A stretch of DNA of 61,882 nucleotides, counting the filler, from Globobulimina sp. (Eukaryota): the NCBI GenBank assembly GCA_003354225.1. It is 11 parts of 11 records of this genome, joined end to end, with 100 filler letters (N's around TTAATTAATTAA, not from the genome) between each part and the next. Parts side by side here need not be neighbours in the genome. Positions count along the whole stretch, not along the records: positions 22,577 to 28,116 come from PIVH01000522.1; positions 28,217 to 33,750 come from PIVH01000523.1; positions 33,851 to 39,381 come from PIVH01000524.1; 8 more parts are not named here. One strand, given 5' to 3'. Shown one piece after another: positions 22,477-34,557 of this stretch. Position numbers and translations under genes: made by a program. Positions within the stretch are counted from its first letter, which is position 1. Each line of letters begins with the position of its first letter. The notes beneath the pieces were generated by a model. It saw only the letters and a program-made list of their open reading frames with translations. It was not told the DNA's origin and did no database searches.

Positions 22477-24785
22477 NNNNNNNNNNNNNNNNNNNNNNNN
22501 NNNNNNNNNNNNNNNNNNNNTTAATTAATTAANNNNNNNNNNNNNNNNNNNNNNNNNNNNNNNNNNNNNNNNNNNNTTTCCGCACTTGTAAAAACTGTTC
22601 CGCAAAATCACCACTTTGCACTTTGACTTTTCCGCAAAGATTGTTCCATAAAACATAGCAAAAACTCCGCAACTATGTTCCGCAAAAATAGTGCCATTTT
22701 TTTCTTTCAATATCAATATCCTCAATATCGATATCGTTGCAATTGTTGGAAGCTTCTAATTTCATAAATAATGTTGAGCTAATTGCAACTTTTTCATTTC
22801 GGTTCTTTAAAAAGTGTTGACGTTTTACAATGTTGTGCCACAAAGTAAAATAAGGAATCCTATTGAGACAACTTGTGATTTGCGATGACCGTTGATTATG
22901 AATTGCAGCTACAATAATTAAAGCGAAGCGAGTCAATTCTATCACACCCAAAGCCAAATAATGATTTCCAGGGGTTTCTGAGCGTTACCGCTCCCATAGG
23001 TTGGCATTTATTCTTGAATTTGGCTCAATGTTTGCGCCTTGGAGATGCAGTTCCGCCCAAGCAGCATTTTATTTTGAATTTGGTGGTTTGCTGCATCACA
23101 TTTCATCCAGTGATGTTCTCAAAAATAACATTGTATGGAGAACTATAGTCATCGCAATCGATGGATGTGTGTCGACAAATCTTAAGAAACAAACAAACAT
23201 AGAATCATTAGTTCAATATTGTATTAAAGCATAATATTACAGCAAATCTTACAGCAAATCTTACATACAAAGACGCCATAAGTTGTGTTTTATTCACAGT
23301 CACACGTACAGCCAGGTCAAAGACACCAGTCCGTTTCGCATAATTTATTGATTGAATGCCACAACGAGCAATTATATAGGCTGTTGTTGATGTTTGTGGT
23401 TCGATTATTTTGCGAGTGTGCGATGTGATGATTGGAATCTTGTGTGTGTTTGTGGATCGCAGGAATCTGCGTGTACGTATTGTTGTCCGGTTGATACACA
23501 TGATTGATTGCTGGTATTAATTGTGCAATACGAAGACTGGGCTGATTATGGCATGGGAAAGTTAGTTTAATTTTCGATCAAAAATTAATAATTTAAAATT
23601 AAATAATATACAGTTACCCTCCCGCAACCTCACCAATGATGGTTTTTTGAACCTGAGATGAGAAATGGTTGTTTGAACATAGCAATGATTGCACTGTTGA
23701 TTCAATGTATAGCTGTTACCTCTGTTCGTATTGAAATCTATCCACCTTATTTATGCTCGTATCCAGCAAGAATATCCACTGCACTTTATCATATTTGTAG
23801 ATGTGCACTGTATGCAATTTTCATCCTGCGCATACAAGCGATGCAAATTTGAGATTTATAAATGGTAGAAAAGAGGGGGAATCTATACGCGGTCACCCTC
23901 GCCGCACTGAACCGATGCAAATTTGAGATTTATCCGTCACAGCCTCTGAGTTGGCCATATGCACACCTGCAATATACTCAGTCCTTCCATTCTTGTCTAA
24001 ACGGGAAAATGCGGTGTAGAGCACTACATCTACGAAATCGTCATCTTCGACACTGTAAACCATCATAGGATGCCCACGAATCAATGTTGAAACTGCAGCC
24101 AGTGCAAATATTATCATGAAAACTGTAATAACACAGTGTATAGGAATCTAAAACTGCTGACTCGACAGATTTGGAGCATTTTTTCTTTGAAATTGCACAT
24201 CTTTGAGGAATCACAAAGTTCGATACATCACATCTTTGAGGAATCACCATACAATGCCATACACTGGCCATATGGCATAAAAGGGGAGGGACCAACGATG
24301 ACTGACACTCCCAACAGTCCTATTCATTGCTGCTATGCCTTTGTTGCACTCTTACAAACTGTCACAACAGTTTATACCTTTATTTTATGCTCAAAGTTTT
24401 ACTTTTTTTTGTATATGATTTTTTGTTTTTTTTTTGTGTTTCTGACTTCGCAGTTTAATATCTTTTTCTATATGTCTAGCTTAAATTAATCCAATCTTGA
24501 AACTATCGTGCCTTTGTGAGAATCAATTTTTGTGAGATAATCCCCGGGAGAATCGTGCTCGCAAGCTGCGCCGATTATGTGTAAAAATTTCTGTATACCA
24601 AATATCCCATGCACCATTCAAAAGGTATGATCAAATGGCAGGATATTCTGGAAACAAATGATCAGATTTTTTGCGTCAATATAGGCAGTGTATCAAATAT
24701 TGAGCATAATAAACACAGCCATATCAAACGCAACAGAGAATCACTTTTCGAGATTTCGATCGATATCAATTCGATGAGTGCTGGC

Positions 24786-24902
24786 TGACTCTATTAGCAG
24801 CAAAAAAATAGACCAAACTCATTTTGGTCACGGATATTGTCGGAGTTGGTGCTGATCTTTGACAAAATGAGTTTGGTCTATTTTTTGCTGCTAATAGGGT
24901 CA
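24786..24902. repeat. ~45-bp near-perfect inverted repeat with ~29-nt spacer
   Basis: tgactctattagcagcaaaaaaatagaccaaactcattttggtca / tgacaaaatgagtttggtctattttttgctgctaatagggtca. Confidence 0.92.
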
Positions 24903-25497
24903 ACACTCACTGAAATGTGTAATAGACCCCTGGAACCCATCGATATTTTGATCCACAGCATAGTTCTTCTATAAAAAGTGTTGCGTTCGATGTGATTCCG
25001 ATGCCGTTTTCAATCTCACATGAGCTTGTCTGAAGGGATTCATGTTTAGTTATTTTAACAGTCGTCCTCTTTTACCAACTGATGATAAATACCATTCCAA
25101 ACTATCTATTATAGAATCTCCTTGGTCGTATAAGTGTTGTAAAAAAAAAGTGCTAATTTATTCAGTTGTTGACTTCAGATAATATGAGTGGTACCATTCG
25201 ATATAACTCGATGAGTTGTGTGTTTTGAGCTGGTTTGCTGCCAAAATAAATTTTCATTTTCATCGATTTTCAGTTAGAAAACTTTCGATCTTTTTGTGAT
25301 CACTCAGAATTTCACCGTTGTCATTTTCATTCCCTATCAACAACAAATATGTACTTTCCTCAATATTCAATCATTGCATTTGCTTTTCACATTGCTAAAT
25401 TATCCACAAACAGCGTTGTGCATTTTTCAAATGACGTATTTTGTATTGAATTTAACAATACAAGTAAAGTTTTTTTGAAGTCTGAAAACCTTAAATT

Positions 25498-25772
25498 GAA
25501 AAATCATCTCAAAATCCTAAAATCTTAAAATCAGAGATCCTAAAGGAATTTACTAAGGATTTGTATAGGAGTTATGGGTTTCCATGATTTTCCTGAACTT
25601 TCCGGTCAAAACATGTACAAAGTCCAAAATTTCGAAAATCATCTCAAAATCCGAAAATCTCAAAATCAGAGATCCTAAAGGAATTTACTTAAGGATTTGT
25701 ATAGAAGTTATGGGTTTTCCATGATTTTCCTGAACTTTCTGGTCAAAACATGTACAAACTCTTAAAATTGAA
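25498..25772 (+). repeat. Two-copy tandem repeat of ~136 bp
   Basis: aaaatcatctcaaaatcc...cagagatcctaaaggaatttact...ggtcaaaacatgtacaaa occurs twice with a few substitutions and indels. Confidence 0.92.
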
Positions 25773-27465
25773 AAAAAAACAATTTTTCCCTTGAGTTCAG
25801 GTCGCTCGTCGACATATTCATTCCTCAGTAATAACCTGATCTTATTCGATTGATATTTCATCATCGGCCAACTGTACTGCTCAGCAAATCCACTCCATCA
25901 AATACAAAAATACGTTTGTCGCAATCTAATCATGAAAAACATGAATTTCTTTTACTATTTAAAAATCAAATTCCTTTTACTCTGAACTGAAACAGAAACA
26001 TCCTTTCATACTAACACTTTCCTTCACTCTTTCCTTCACTTTTTTTATTCTTTGTTCTCCGAAATGGCTGATACTACAGCAGATAACTTTTTATGCTTAT
26101 CCAGAATGTAAACTTGAAATTGTCCTAATTGCCATTAACTTTTAAATCATGCAACACTAGATGGCTGAGGATCGATTGATCCAAAACAATGTGAAATGAT
26201 GACAATGGACATTTTTCTCTACCTGAGTGCAATGATCGGAATCTGGAATGCAATCTTCATATTACAAACAATCAATATTCTATGCATGCGCAATATTTAT
26301 CCTTGCAGCGGGTGAGTTTTACAGCTCAAGGATTGACTTTTTGAAGCGAATAAATTACATTCTCGCAAAGATACCAATCAGGACCGCAATTCTGTAAGAG
26401 GAATTTTTTCAAAAAATCGATTATCGCATACAACGGGAGTCATTTAGTTGGGGTCATTATGGGCTTTTTCATCGGAAAAAATGAATTTTTACCAGATATG
26501 GCAACAGAATGGCAATGCACACCAAATATAAAATCTAAAATATTGAAAAGAGTGTTTGAGGACATCAGTGATGCGATAAGAGTCGATTTTATGAGGAAAA
26601 TATGATACGTATTTGTAAATAGGATGGAAAATCAATGTTTTTGTATAGATTTGATTGTGAATGATATCTGAGGCATGTGTCAGGAATGAAAAAATGAATG
26701 AATCTTTCCCAAATGATCTCTAAACGTATTTCATGGGATATTTTGGGAAATTCGAGATTGAAAAGTGATCAATGATAATGTATATTTGTTGCATCTGTTG
26801 TAATTAATTTAATAATTTTATGTGTTCTTTCGTGCCTTTTGATTGCACATATTTTGTGTTCTTTCGTGCCTTTTGTTTTTAGTACATATTTTGAATTTTT
26901 ATATTAATACATATTTTCACTTTCGAATGGATTCTTCACTTTTAAACTTGCCAATAACTTGGCCATTGCCTCACAATTTTGCATGCACAGTGAGCATTCC
27001 AGTGTATTATTCACTGCGCTGTCTCGACTTGATTGGTTTGAATAATGGCTAGGGTTGGCATAGGATGCGCAATACTCATTGCTGTCATACTCAACATCAG
27101 AAGGGACCATCTGTGGCGAGGATGTTTTAGGCAATGAAGGGAGACTGTTGCTGTATATATTCCATGTTTGGTCGGAAATTTGAAATGGATGATTTTGTCT
27201 CTGTGACAGTATTCTGTGTGGTTTTATTATGTAAAATATATGTGTACAAATGATGTAAGGAATATGAGTGTATACCAAAGTTGGGAACAGTATTTTTAGT
27301 GAATTTACATTTTCTTTATTTGAAATTGAATTACCAATCATTTTACAGATCTAATCGATGCAGTTCAATTGATGGAATGGTTTGTATAAACGGTGCCTAA
27401 AGAAGAATGATTGGATGAGGTAAAGTGATGTTTTTAATTGAAAACTTTGATTTACTTTAATTATC

Positions 27466-28116
27466 ATGTCTGAGACATACTTATCATTGCTAATATTGGG
27501 CTTTGCCCGACGGGGAAGCATATGCTGTCCAGATATTTCCTCAGAAATAATTGATTTAATACTCATTTGTTACTGCGGCGATGAGATCAATCACAACCCA
27601 TCAATGATCGAAACAACACAGATGAAAGCGAACCGATTGAATGAATATGTCTTTGCTATTGTGCACACCGTCAATTGGAGCAAAGTATTGCATTCCAATT
27701 ATACAATCAACATTGCATCGAAGAGATCAATCGAGAAAATAAACAGTGCATTTACAGTCCCAATATTGTCTCACAAAGAATGTGCAAAACTGATTGAATT
27801 ATCGGAATTGTATGGCTATGTCCACTGTGGCAATTTGAAAATACGAAGAAACAATACTCGAATGGTCACAAATGATATTATGTTTGGAGCAAAATTATAT
27901 GAACGAATCAAATCAGTGTTGCCATCACAGTTCGAATATGACTGTAAAGTATGGCAATTGTGTGGTTTGAATGAGCGGTTCAGATTCTGTAAATATATCA
28001 AAGGACAAAAGTTCGGAATCCATTTTGACGAACAAATGATTGCATCGAAAAGAGAGCAGTCATTTTATACAGTAGTGTTCCGGATAAGAGGTACGCATAT
28101 TAGTACTAAAATATAT
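27466..28116 (+). CDS. 2OG-Fe(II) oxygenase (prolyl 4-hydroxylase-like), 3' truncated
   Basis: ILSHKEC..LI..SE..GY, R.N.R, GLNERFRFCKY..GQKF..HFD, SFYTV. Confidence 0.88.
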
Positions 28117-28217
28117 NNNNNNNNNNNNNNNNNNNNNNNNNNNNNNNNNNNNNNNNNNNNTTAATTAATTAANNNNNNNNNNNNNNNNNNNNNNNNNNNN
28201 NNNNNNNNNNNNNNNNC

Positions 28218-30455
28218 TATTGTCATTATTGTTCGATCGCTGATTTTAGTGCGCGAGGTTATACGCGGGCATTATGCCTAACATATATTACGCCGACACC
28301 TAAGAAAATACAACGAATATTCTCTTGGTTAAAACGTGTGTTCACGCAAACGGCCATGATATTAAAAAAGGCCGCACAGAAAACATTCTTAAGAGAAATG
28401 GATGAAATCATCAATATCATCAACCACAAACACATCAGTCACACCTACGAATATAACGATTTATTCCAATGTCATTTAAATGCAGAAAACCGCAAAAATA
28501 TATTGATTGATATGAATGAAACCAGACATTCATTTGGCAACAAATTATTGGACAAACCTGCCATAAACACCACAGATATCGATAAACAAATTGTTGTCTT
28601 AAATAGAATGAGACACAGACCGCATAGAGTTGGCAAGGAAGGCTATAAACCGTTGAAGCAAATTGTGGGCAAAGAAGATTATAATAAATTCCGCGACTCT
28701 TTGCGTAATATTCACAGCCAATTTCATAAGAATTGTCTAGATATTTATGTAGATATTAAAAATAAGGAGTTATCCCATTTGAATCCAAATCGATTATTTG
28801 CCATTGGTTCCTTATCCTGTTTAGACATTGAACCGTGTCATTATTTATCACCGTCATGGAATAATGACAACGATGACTCGATGAAATATTTACAAAATAT
28901 TCTCAACAATAATAATGTGAACAAACCTAGCAATTTAACTGCTCATTTATCGCCGGCGTTTGGTCCCATCAATAGTACGCATACTAATATGCATAATAAA
29001 GCGCATAAATCGCATGTGGCCATACATCCGAATCTATTTCTACACCAAAATGAGGATGAAAAGCAGAATCAAAACCAAATTAACACCGACAAACCGATTG
29101 AAAAAAGCAACAAAAGCACTAAGAAACGTTCACCCAAAATATTGAAAATAACACCCTCGCAACATTTATGCGGCAGGAATTATAAAAAGAAAAAGTTTTT
29201 AAAATTATATGATCGTAAAATGCAACGAATCGAGAGGAAGAACTGCAAAATTATGAGCATTCAGGGACAGATGTCGCCGCAGAATATAAATGTAATAGAA
29301 CATGAGCCCAAATCTGATAATAATAATAATAATAATGTTAAAGACGCAGAAGGAGTGGTAACTACCAACGCAAAATCTACAGTTAATTGCGACGAACAAC
29401 AAGCATTAATGAATAATATTTGGGAGAATTTTATAATGACTCGCAATAAATGCGACTTAGAAGTACATAAAGAACGAAAAACAAAACGTAAATCAGAGGA
29501 TAAGAGCGAGAAAGTAAGCAATACCGAAAGAGAGAAGGAAAGTGGACTGGCCATGGAAGGTTTGAGTACACCAAAAATCAAACGAAGACGCAGTGGCAGT
29601 TCCGGTGGAATCTGCAACGGAGCGCATGCGGAAGAGAGCCGTGGCCGAACTATAAAAGCGCGCTTTCGTGAATGTAGTGACCGAGCGAGAGAGAAGAATT
29701 TATCACGGTGTTTATTAGGGAGATTCCGAGGGTTTGCTGAAAGTATTTTGTTTACGATATTAACGAATCGAACGTTAGTGATATTAGCAAATGATGTGCA
29801 GAAAAATAAAGAAAAAGTAGAGAAAACAGTGCGTGCGTTGTCGTTGTTAATCCCTGGCGTAGAAAATACACATTCTACTCAAGAATGGCGGGATGAGATT
29901 TTATATTGTCATCAATTACCAAAGTTGAAGATAGTTGGAATGTCGTCGGAATTATGCAATAAATCACCGGATAATATATGGGATTTGATAACCATCATTC
30001 AATTCGATGACAGTATTTTGTATGGACCGCCGTATAAATCTAGTGATGAGAATAAGTCATTTATTTATAAAATGTTGCATCCACGGAAGAGATTTAAAAC
30101 ACCCAACTTGTTTTATAGGTATTTATCGCGTATTATGCTGGAGATGTCATTGCATGTGTTTTTATTTTATTATATTTCACAGAAAACTGTTATTAATTTA
30201 GCACAAAATGATGTTGAACCAAATGCGTATTATAAAGCGTTGTTAGAAACGTTACAATTTACGCAATCCTCTGATATTGATATTGCCAAACATTGGTGTC
30301 ATATTATGCAGAATCAGTTGTATTCGTTGTGTAAACCAATTACCATTCTAAAAATCGATAAAAATCAGAATCAGAATCAGCATAAAAAAGATATTCGGAA
30401 AGAGTTGTTAGCGAAATATGGCAGGAGACCACCGCCAATTGTTAGAATTACATAA
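28218..30455 (+). CDS. SMCR8: SMCR8/folliculin-family DENN protein, 5' truncated
   Basis: Frame is open from the contig start: D.SARGYTRALCLTYIT...KI...F..L...F......LK (longin region); C-terminal FAESILFTILTNRTLVIL...V.ALSLLIP. Confidence 0.8.
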   Translation, partial: YCHYCSIADFSARGYTRALCLTYITPTPKKIQRIFSWLKRVFTQTAMILKKAAQKTFLREMDEIINIINHKHISHTYEYNDLFQCHLNAENRKNILIDMNETRHSFGNKLLDKPAINTTDIDKQIVVLNRMRHRPHRVGKEGYKPLKQIVGKEDYNKFRDSLRNIHSQFHKNCLDIYVDIKNKELSHLNPNRLFAIGSLSCLDIEPCHYLSPSWNNDNDDSMKYLQNILNNNNVNKPSNLTAHLSPAFGPINSTHTNMHNKAHKSHVAIHPNLFLHQNEDEKQNQNQINTDKPIEKSNKSTKKRSPKILKITPSQHLCGRNYKKKKFLKLYDRKMQRIERKNCKIMSIQGQMSPQNINVIEHEPKSDNNNNNNVKDAEGVVTTNAKSTVNCDEQQALMNNIWENFIMTRNKCDLEVHKERKTKRKSEDKSEKVSNTEREKESGLAMEGLSTPKIKRRRSGSSGGICNGAHAEESRGRTIKARFRECSDRAREKNLSRCLLGRFRGFAESILFTILTNRTLVILANDVQKNKEKVEKTVRALSLLIPGVENTHSTQEWRDEILYCHQLPKLKIVGMSSELCNKSPDNIWDLITIIQFDDSILYGPPYKSSDENKSFIYKMLHPRKRFKTPNLFYRYLSRIMLEMSLHVFLFYYISQKTVINLAQNDVEPNAYYKALLETLQFTQSSDIDIAKHWCHIMQNQLYSLCKPITILKIDKNQNQNQHKKDIRKELLAKYGRRPPPIVRIT

Positions 30456-30605
30456 TTCATCACTTATATATGTACACTTTTTTGTAAGCACGTATTTTTA
30501 AAATGTTTTTTTGTGTTGAGTTTAGATGTTTGGGTCATGACTTTCGATCATTATTCTAAAAATTTGTTGAGAAATCAAACAAGATCTTGAACCAAATGAA
30601 AAAAC

Positions 30606-32126
30606 TTAAAAATCCATAAAGAGATACAAAATAATGATGAAGCCTATGTCATATTGAAAGAGATCAAATACGACTTTGATGGTGGGATAGCGCACATAGC
30701 GTGTTTTAACATGATGTACTCCAACAATGTTGGATGTTTGCGCCTTTTTAATTTTCTTGTACATAAATGCATATGTTATGCCATCATACGATAACTTTAT
30801 ATTATGTACTATCATATAAAAAATCAACCCAATTATCGTGAGCACGTAACAGCTTGTTAGGCACCATGCAAATACAAATCTTCCAAAATTAGGTAATCTT
30901 TGGTGCACAGTTATCCATATCATCCACCCAATTGGTGATAGGAAAGCAACCAATGACAATAATGCATATATTAACCACATGACTGTTTGCCATATGCTAC
31001 TTGTGATATTTTGGTTAATTAATTGGATTTTTTCTTTTTTTGTCATCAATGAAAATTTATATTGTTGAATAACAGATTGTTGCATGCTCATCGCCTTTGG
31101 TTTGGTCACTAATATCTCCCCTTCACATTGTTTGATAACTGGAGAAATTGTCTGAACACATAATAAATAACAAAACATTTTATCTGTTCTAGTTTCTGAA
31201 TTACTATCCTCAGTCACATATTGCAAAGCTTTCTCGCGCAAAATCTCACAAAAATACTCCATTAAATATGATTTAAGAAATGGTAAGTTTGCAGTAAATA
31301 TATTAATAAAACATAATAACAATACAATATATTCCAGTTCTTCAAAGTCAGCATCCCATAAATTCATGAATGAAACAATGATTATCATACTTAAAATTAA
31401 TAATAATTCAATGTTAATCATAAAAGGCAGCGTATACAAATATTGTGCATTATTTTGATCCAATAAATCAAAGCCCAAAAATATGATAAGTATTAAATAT
31501 GTAATTCCAACACCAACCGCTATCATACATAATATGGTTGTTATCATTTGCAATGCTTTTACAGTTAAACACAAAATGATAATTTGCATGATTGTACTTG
31601 GAATAATGAATGATAACTGATAATAAATGGCGACAGTAAATCCTTCATCCCAATCTCTCTCATTTACGATAAGAAATGAAATGGAATATAATGGTGCAAA
31701 AACTATAAAAATGGGTAGTAATAATACCACAATGAAATAATTAATAAATTTACAACGAGATGATGTGTTGAGTGGAAGGCAGTATTCAGAGACAGGATTG
31801 CTAATAATATCATATTTCCCAGCAGTTATAAAAAATACAATGAGTGCAAATGGTGCGGTCGGATTTGGCATATCCTCATCGCCGCTTGAAAGGAAAAACA
31901 CAGAGGCAAAGCACCACGATGCTGCAAATACTAAAATAAAGAATGAAATGTTGATTCCAAATAATAAGATAAATCCGTTCACCAATAATTGATATATGAT
32001 AACTGTAGTTAAGGTAAAATGTGCAGCAAACAAAGCAGATAAAATTACCGCGATAAACTTTGAATAACAACCAGTAGTGGCTCTCCCGATGGTAAGATTG
32101 AATATCATATGTAACACGTGCCTCAC
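30606..32126 (-). CDS. Multi-pass membrane protein of unknown function (paralogue of 2752-3405)
   Basis: About 10 hydrophobic segments; shared motifs with the contig-1 ORF. Confidence 0.75.
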   Translation of the reverse strand: MRHVLHMIFNLTIGRATTGCYSKFIAVILSALFAAHFTLTTVIIYQLLVNGFILLFGINISFFILVFAASWCFASVFFLSSGDEDMPNPTAPFALIVFFITAGKYDIISNPVSEYCLPLNTSSRCKFINYFIVVLLLPIFIVFAPLYSISFLIVNERDWDEGFTVAIYYQLSFIIPSTIMQIIILCLTVKALQMITTILCMIAVGVGITYLILIIFLGFDLLDQNNAQYLYTLPFMINIELLLILSMIIIVSFMNLWDADFEELEYIVLLLCFINIFTANLPFLKSYLMEYFCEILREKALQYVTEDSNSETRTDKMFCYLLCVQTISPVIKQCEGEILVTKPKAMSMQQSVIQQYKFSLMTKKEKIQLINQNITSSIWQTVMWLIYALLSLVAFLSPIGWMIWITVHQRLPNFGRFVFAWCLTSCYVLTIIGLIFYMIVHNIKLSYDGITYAFMYKKIKKAQTSNIVGVHHVKTRYVRYPTIKVVFDLFQYDIGFIIILYLFMDF

Positions 32127-32392
32127 GCTATATTCAAATTGTGTTAAATTGTGTGTTCTGGGTCTAGTGACTTTTAAAAAACTGTTTTTTAATTTAATTT
32201 TAATAAACTTCTTTGAACATTTTTCACAGCGTCCGGGAGTTTTGGCTACGGAGGATTTCTGAGTCTAGCTGGCCAGACTGCACTCCGGATTCAAATTAAT
32301 AATTAACATATTTACGTATACTGTATACAATTAGCAATAGTTAGATATATATTTATATACAGTATTTTTCGTCTATATCGTCTAGCACTGCC

Positions 32393-33619
32393 ATGACTTA
32401 TTATTATACTATTTATATCGTGGTTTTATCAATGTTATCGGTTGAATTGATATATTTGTTATGTTGTAGTGTATGTTATATTTATTACAATCCTCAATAT
32501 AGAGTATTTTGGGCAGCATTTTATGTCAAACAACCATCAATTCTCAAAGTTATTATTAAAAACAAAATAAAAAGATCTACAGATACCAGTCATCATACCA
32601 CTAAACAAAAAATTGAATCAAAATCATCCAATAATTCTACAATTGGTACATCATCAAATAATATTAATGCAAAAAGTACTTTATTTGTATTTGATTATCA
32701 ACATATTTCAAGCAAAAAAAAATCATTTATTTATTATGGAATTGAAACAATATCACATTGTTTTTTATCATTAACGTATTTAATTTTTATATTTTTGTTT
32801 ATTTTCATTAAAATGGTAACCGAGACTATTAAAAATAATAATAAATGGTCCGAATATCCAGTATTCTGTTCATATGTTTTCAAATCTTATGTATTAGTAA
32901 TTGTATCACATTATTTATTATTAATAATTTTATGTATTCCAGCATTAAAAGTTGAATTAATGGACACAATTTTAGCTAAATATAAATATCAAAGAATGCT
33001 ACCAATAATTTCAATAATTTGCATGATGATTGCTGCGACTTTGTGGGTTATACAACAGTCGACAGTCAAATTTGGCATTAGAGATTTTGAAGGTACATCA
33101 AATTGTGTTTCTGTCGGAGGAATGGGATCAAGTCAAGAGTTTATATATTTTAATATATCGTGTTATTGGGTTTGTATCAGTTTATGTTTTTTAACAGTTA
33201 TTGTACCATTATTTGTTCCAAAACAAATGTTAAAAAATTTACCAAATCAAAAAAATAATAATAATGAAGAAGTATTATCATTAATTATAACAATTAATAA
33301 TATTTCAAGAAGAATATGTGTTTCTGCATTGGTCGTAATTATATCATTAATAATAAATAATGCATTATTCTGGGCATTTGGCACTGATCCGGTCATTCAA
33401 TCATTTGTGTCTATGTTAAATTTTATTCTTTATGTTAATTTTTATTTTCTGACAATATTTATTTATCCTGATTGGAGAAGAAGAATTAGATTAAAATCAA
33501 GAACAAATAATACAAATTATAATAATATAGATAATGAATTAGCATTGGCTCCTTCTTTAGGTGTTCCTAAATTAAATAAAGATGTTTCCAAATTATACGA
33601 TGGTGATGTTGTAGCATGA
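32393..33619 (+). CDS. Seven-transmembrane, GPCR-like membrane protein
   Basis: About 7 hydrophobic helices; Cys before TM3 (PVFC) and in the loop (SNCVS); basic motif DWRRRI after the last TM. Confidence 0.6.
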   Translation: MTYYYTIYIVVLSMLSVELIYLLCCSVCYIYYNPQYRVFWAAFYVKQPSILKVIIKNKIKRSTDTSHHTTKQKIESKSSNNSTIGTSSNNINAKSTLFVFDYQHISSKKKSFIYYGIETISHCFLSLTYLIFIFLFIFIKMVTETIKNNNKWSEYPVFCSYVFKSYVLVIVSHYLLLIILCIPALKVELMDTILAKYKYQRMLPIISIICMMIAATLWVIQQSTVKFGIRDFEGTSNCVSVGGMGSSQEFIYFNISCYWVCISLCFLTVIVPLFVPKQMLKNLPNQKNNNNEEVLSLIITINNISRRICVSALVVIISLIINNALFWAFGTDPVIQSFVSMLNFILYVNFYFLTIFIYPDWRRRIRLKSRTNNTNYNNIDNELALAPSLGVPKLNKDVSKLYDGDVVA

Positions 33620-34557
33620 CAGTCCATTTCGATCTGATTATTGTTGTTTTGTAGCTAGTGATCGATTTCAAAAGACAGTATATATTTTTGTATATAAGTC
33701 GGAGTTAACACAGACATAGCATATCAAAATGTTTTTGGGTACCCCATGTTNNNNNNNNNNNNNNNNNNNNNNNNNNNNNNNNNNNNNNNNNNNNTTAATT
33801 AATTAANNNNNNNNNNNNNNNNNNNNNNNNNNNNNNNNNNNNNNNNNNNNTATTCAGAAACACGCAAAAGCACATAATATACATGCAAATAATACTCTGG
33901 AAGATCAAATCGCACACAAAACCAATGCAACAAACCTATAATCTAATTGCGGACAGATTGGCGTTTGTAGGCAGAAATCATCCACGGACTCGTTACAAGG
34001 CACAGACGAGTATGACACCTATGACAACGACCCTCAGTCATTCCAGAGTTGGTCCATCCAATTCGACGACCAATTGGCCAATGATAGCAGTACAATGATT
34101 TTAATGATGCGACCGTGGATAGTTTGAGTGCATTGACGACTGTCACGGGAGACAACAGCGCCAATATTACAGCGTTGCAGACTCGAGTCGCCAAGACCGA
34201 GGGTGATTTGTCTGATGCATCAGTCAGTTTGAAAGTGATATTAATCATTTGAGAGATTCGATTGATGGAATCTGTATATTTGGTGCTCCACAATTTAGTA
34301 GTCACACAAATCAATATATGTTGTAGTCACATATATTGATGCTCCACAATTTGTATATTCGATTGATGGAATTAGTAGTCACACAAATTGAAACAAAAAT
34401 ATAAGCCCCACAATGACAATATGTTAAATGAATACAGACAACAACAACACTACTTCTTGGGAACAAACGAATATCTCTGTTGAGAATATAATTCTGTTCA
34501 ACACACGCATGCATATAAAATGAAAAATAAATTAACAAACTGTACAAGATTTATATA

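Noticed and set aside
24196-24247. 19-nt direct repeat cacatctttgaggaatcac as a possible CRISPR array
   Set aside because: Only two copies with a 14-nt spacer, no cas genes and a eukaryotic context
22673-24489. Short ORFs in contig 5 as functional genes
   Set aside because: Fragmentary and frame-broken, some resembling pieces of 7TM proteins; no coherent gene model could be built
26904-27341. 145-aa minus-strand ORF with a CxxC motif as a RING protein
   Set aside because: Remaining RING ligands are absent and the composition looks non-coding
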